From an uncultured Coriobacteriaceae bacterium (GTDB lineage: Bacteria > Actinomycetota > Coriobacteriia > Coriobacteriales > Atopobiaceae), in contig CACZCK010000029.1 in NCBI GenBank assembly GCA_902779675.1, forward strand, positions 613 through 24,612: a DNA stretch of 24,000 nt. Direction: 5' to 3'. Below are positions 22,747 through 24,000 of this stretch, piece by piece. The notes under the pieces were generated by a model. It made no database searches and was not told where the DNA came from. It worked only from the letters and a program-made list of their open reading frames with translations. Position 1 is the stretch's first letter; each line of letters begins with the position of its first letter. Position numbers and translations under genes: made by a program.

Positions 22747-24000
22747 GCAGAAGCTCAGCGCCGCAGAGCGCAGCATCATCAACGATCCCGCCCGCCTCAA
22801 GGACGCACCGGCGCCTGGCGGCAAGGACGACAACGCCAACAAGGGCGTGCCGGGCAAGGGCAGCCGAGGCCGTCGCGCCTCCAACCCCATGCAGGTCTTC
22901 CGCGGCACCGTCAAGCTCGTCTTCTCGTTCTACCCGCTGCAGTTCAGCATCATCATCCTGTGCATCGTGGCAGGCGCCGCCCTCTCGACCCTGCCTTCGG
23001 TCTTCCTGCAGCGCACCATCGAGGTCGTCACCCGCACCTGGCAGACGGGCGACTGGTCCGTCGCGCAGCCCGAGGTGGCACGCATCGTGCTGACGCTCAT
23101 CGCCGTTTACGTTGTCGTGCTGCTGGCTCAGATCGTCCAAGCCCAGCTCTCGGCATTCGTGGTACAGGGCACCCTCATGAACATCCGCAACAAGATGTTC
23201 GAGCACATGGAGAAGCTGCCCATCCGCTTCTTCGACCAGAACAAGCGCGGCGACGTCATGAGCTACTACACCAACGACGTCGATGCCCTGCGTCAGCTGG
23301 TGGGCGTCGCCCTGCCCAACCTGCTCAACATGATCATCGCCATGGTGTCAATCGTGGGCATCATGCTGTGGTACTCCATCCCCATGACCTGCGTCGTGCT
23401 CGTTATGGTGGGCTTCATGGGCTGGCTCACGCGCTACATGGGCGGCATGTCGGCCAAGTACTTCCTGGCACAGCAGCACGCCATCGGCCGTGCCGAGGGC
23501 TTTGCCGAGGAGGCCATGAACGGCGAGAAGGTCATCAAGGTCTTTACGCACGAGAAGCAGATGCAGGCGCAGTTCGACGAGGTCAACGACGAGCTCTTTG
23601 AGGCCGCCAAGTCCGCCAACATCTACTCCAACATCCTGGGCCCGATCCTGATGAACCTGGGCAACCTGGCCTACGTGGTCGTGGCGCTTGCAGGCGGCAT
23701 CTTCCTGGCCACGGGTATCCCCAATCCGTCCATCTCGGGCATGCTCCTGACCATCGACATCGTCATCCCCTTCCTCAACCTCACCAAGCGCTTCGCTGGC
23801 TCCATCGGCCAGATCTCCCACCAGATCAACTTCGTGGTCATGGGCCTCGCGGGTGCCGAGCGCATCTTCCAGCTGCTCGACGAGCTGCCCGAGGAGGACG
23901 AGGGCTACGTGGAGCTCGTGCGCGTACGCTACGACGACGCCATGGAGAACGTGATAGAGGAGGTCGACCGCCACGACCGCACGGGCATCTGGGCGTGGAA
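22739..24000 (+). CDS. ABC exporter, fused permease/ATPase subunit 2 (3' end outside the window)
   Basis: It is not in the ORF track because no stop lies in the window. ATG 22739 follows GGAGGGAGG and overlaps the subunit 1 stop by 8 nt. The translation reads MPKQKLSAAERS...FYPLQFSIIILCIVAG...IRFFDQNKRGDVMSYYTNDVDALRQLVG, which is a typical ABC transmembrane domain. Confidence 0.9.
   Translation, partial: MPKQKLSAAERSIINDPARLKDAPAPGGKDDNANKGVPGKGSRGRRASNPMQVFRGTVKLVFSFYPLQFSIIILCIVAGAALSTLPSVFLQRTIEVVTRTWQTGDWSVAQPEVARIVLTLIAVYVVVLLAQIVQAQLSAFVVQGTLMNIRNKMFEHMEKLPIRFFDQNKRGDVMSYYTNDVDALRQLVGVALPNLLNMIIAMVSIVGIMLWYSIPMTCVVLVMVGFMGWLTRYMGGMSAKYFLAQQHAIGRAEGFAEEAMNGEKVIKVFTHEKQMQAQFDEVNDELFEAAKSANIYSNILGPILMNLGNLAYVVVALAGGIFLATGIPNPSISGMLLTIDIVIPFLNLTKRFAGSIGQISHQINFVVMGLAGAERIFQLLDELPEEDEGYVELVRVRYDDAMENVIEEVDRHDRTGIWAW

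Noticed and set aside
9356-22914. These are long ORFs antisense to, or out of frame with, the annotated genes. Examples are 9356..10279(+), 10669..11994(-), 11735..12577(-), 12977..14656(-), 14693..16423(-), 16454..17440(-), 17769..19337(+) and 21322..22914(-).
   Set aside because: They fully overlap genes with unmistakable family signatures on the other strand. Their translations are Arg/Ala/Gly/Pro-rich with no motifs. They are typical shadow ORFs of a high-GC genome, where stop codons are rare.

Overview
This is a high-GC window with strong AGGAGG-type ribosome-binding sites. It looks like an actinobacterial, Coriobacteriia-like chromosome, but that is inferred from composition and gene content, not proven. 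The left ~9.2 kb is accessory. It holds a class II lanthipeptide synthetase (LanM) whose cyclase has a Cys-Cys-Gly zinc-ligand motif, followed by an unrecognisable 324-aa protein, with no visible precursor peptide, transporter or protease. Next come two homologous ~300-bp non-coding elements in direct orientation (4317-4616 and 5913-6210). Both are rich in GACGTC palindromes, and they bracket a three-gene minus-strand module: a P-loop kinase-like protein, a 73-aa ORF and a short family-I pyrophosphatase-like protein. A membrane-anchored XRE regulator follows, then a complete group IIC intron (ribozyme plus RT/maturase) inserted exactly behind the guaA terminator. The right ~15 kb is housekeeping or ordinary. 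It holds a GMP synthase ATP-pyrophosphatase unit with no glutamine amidotransferase (GATase) domain, argJ-argB-argD, a MetRS-like ligase with a degenerate KMSKS motif, an alpha/beta hydrolase, a GtrA-family protein, a histidine kinase with an OmpR-type regulator, and a MarR regulator with two ABC exporter genes (the second runs off the right edge). I saw no rRNA, tRNA or CRISPR. Most long ORFs antisense to these genes are GC-driven shadow ORFs. The paired 300-bp elements and the orphan LanM with its unknown partner are the items most worth follow-up.
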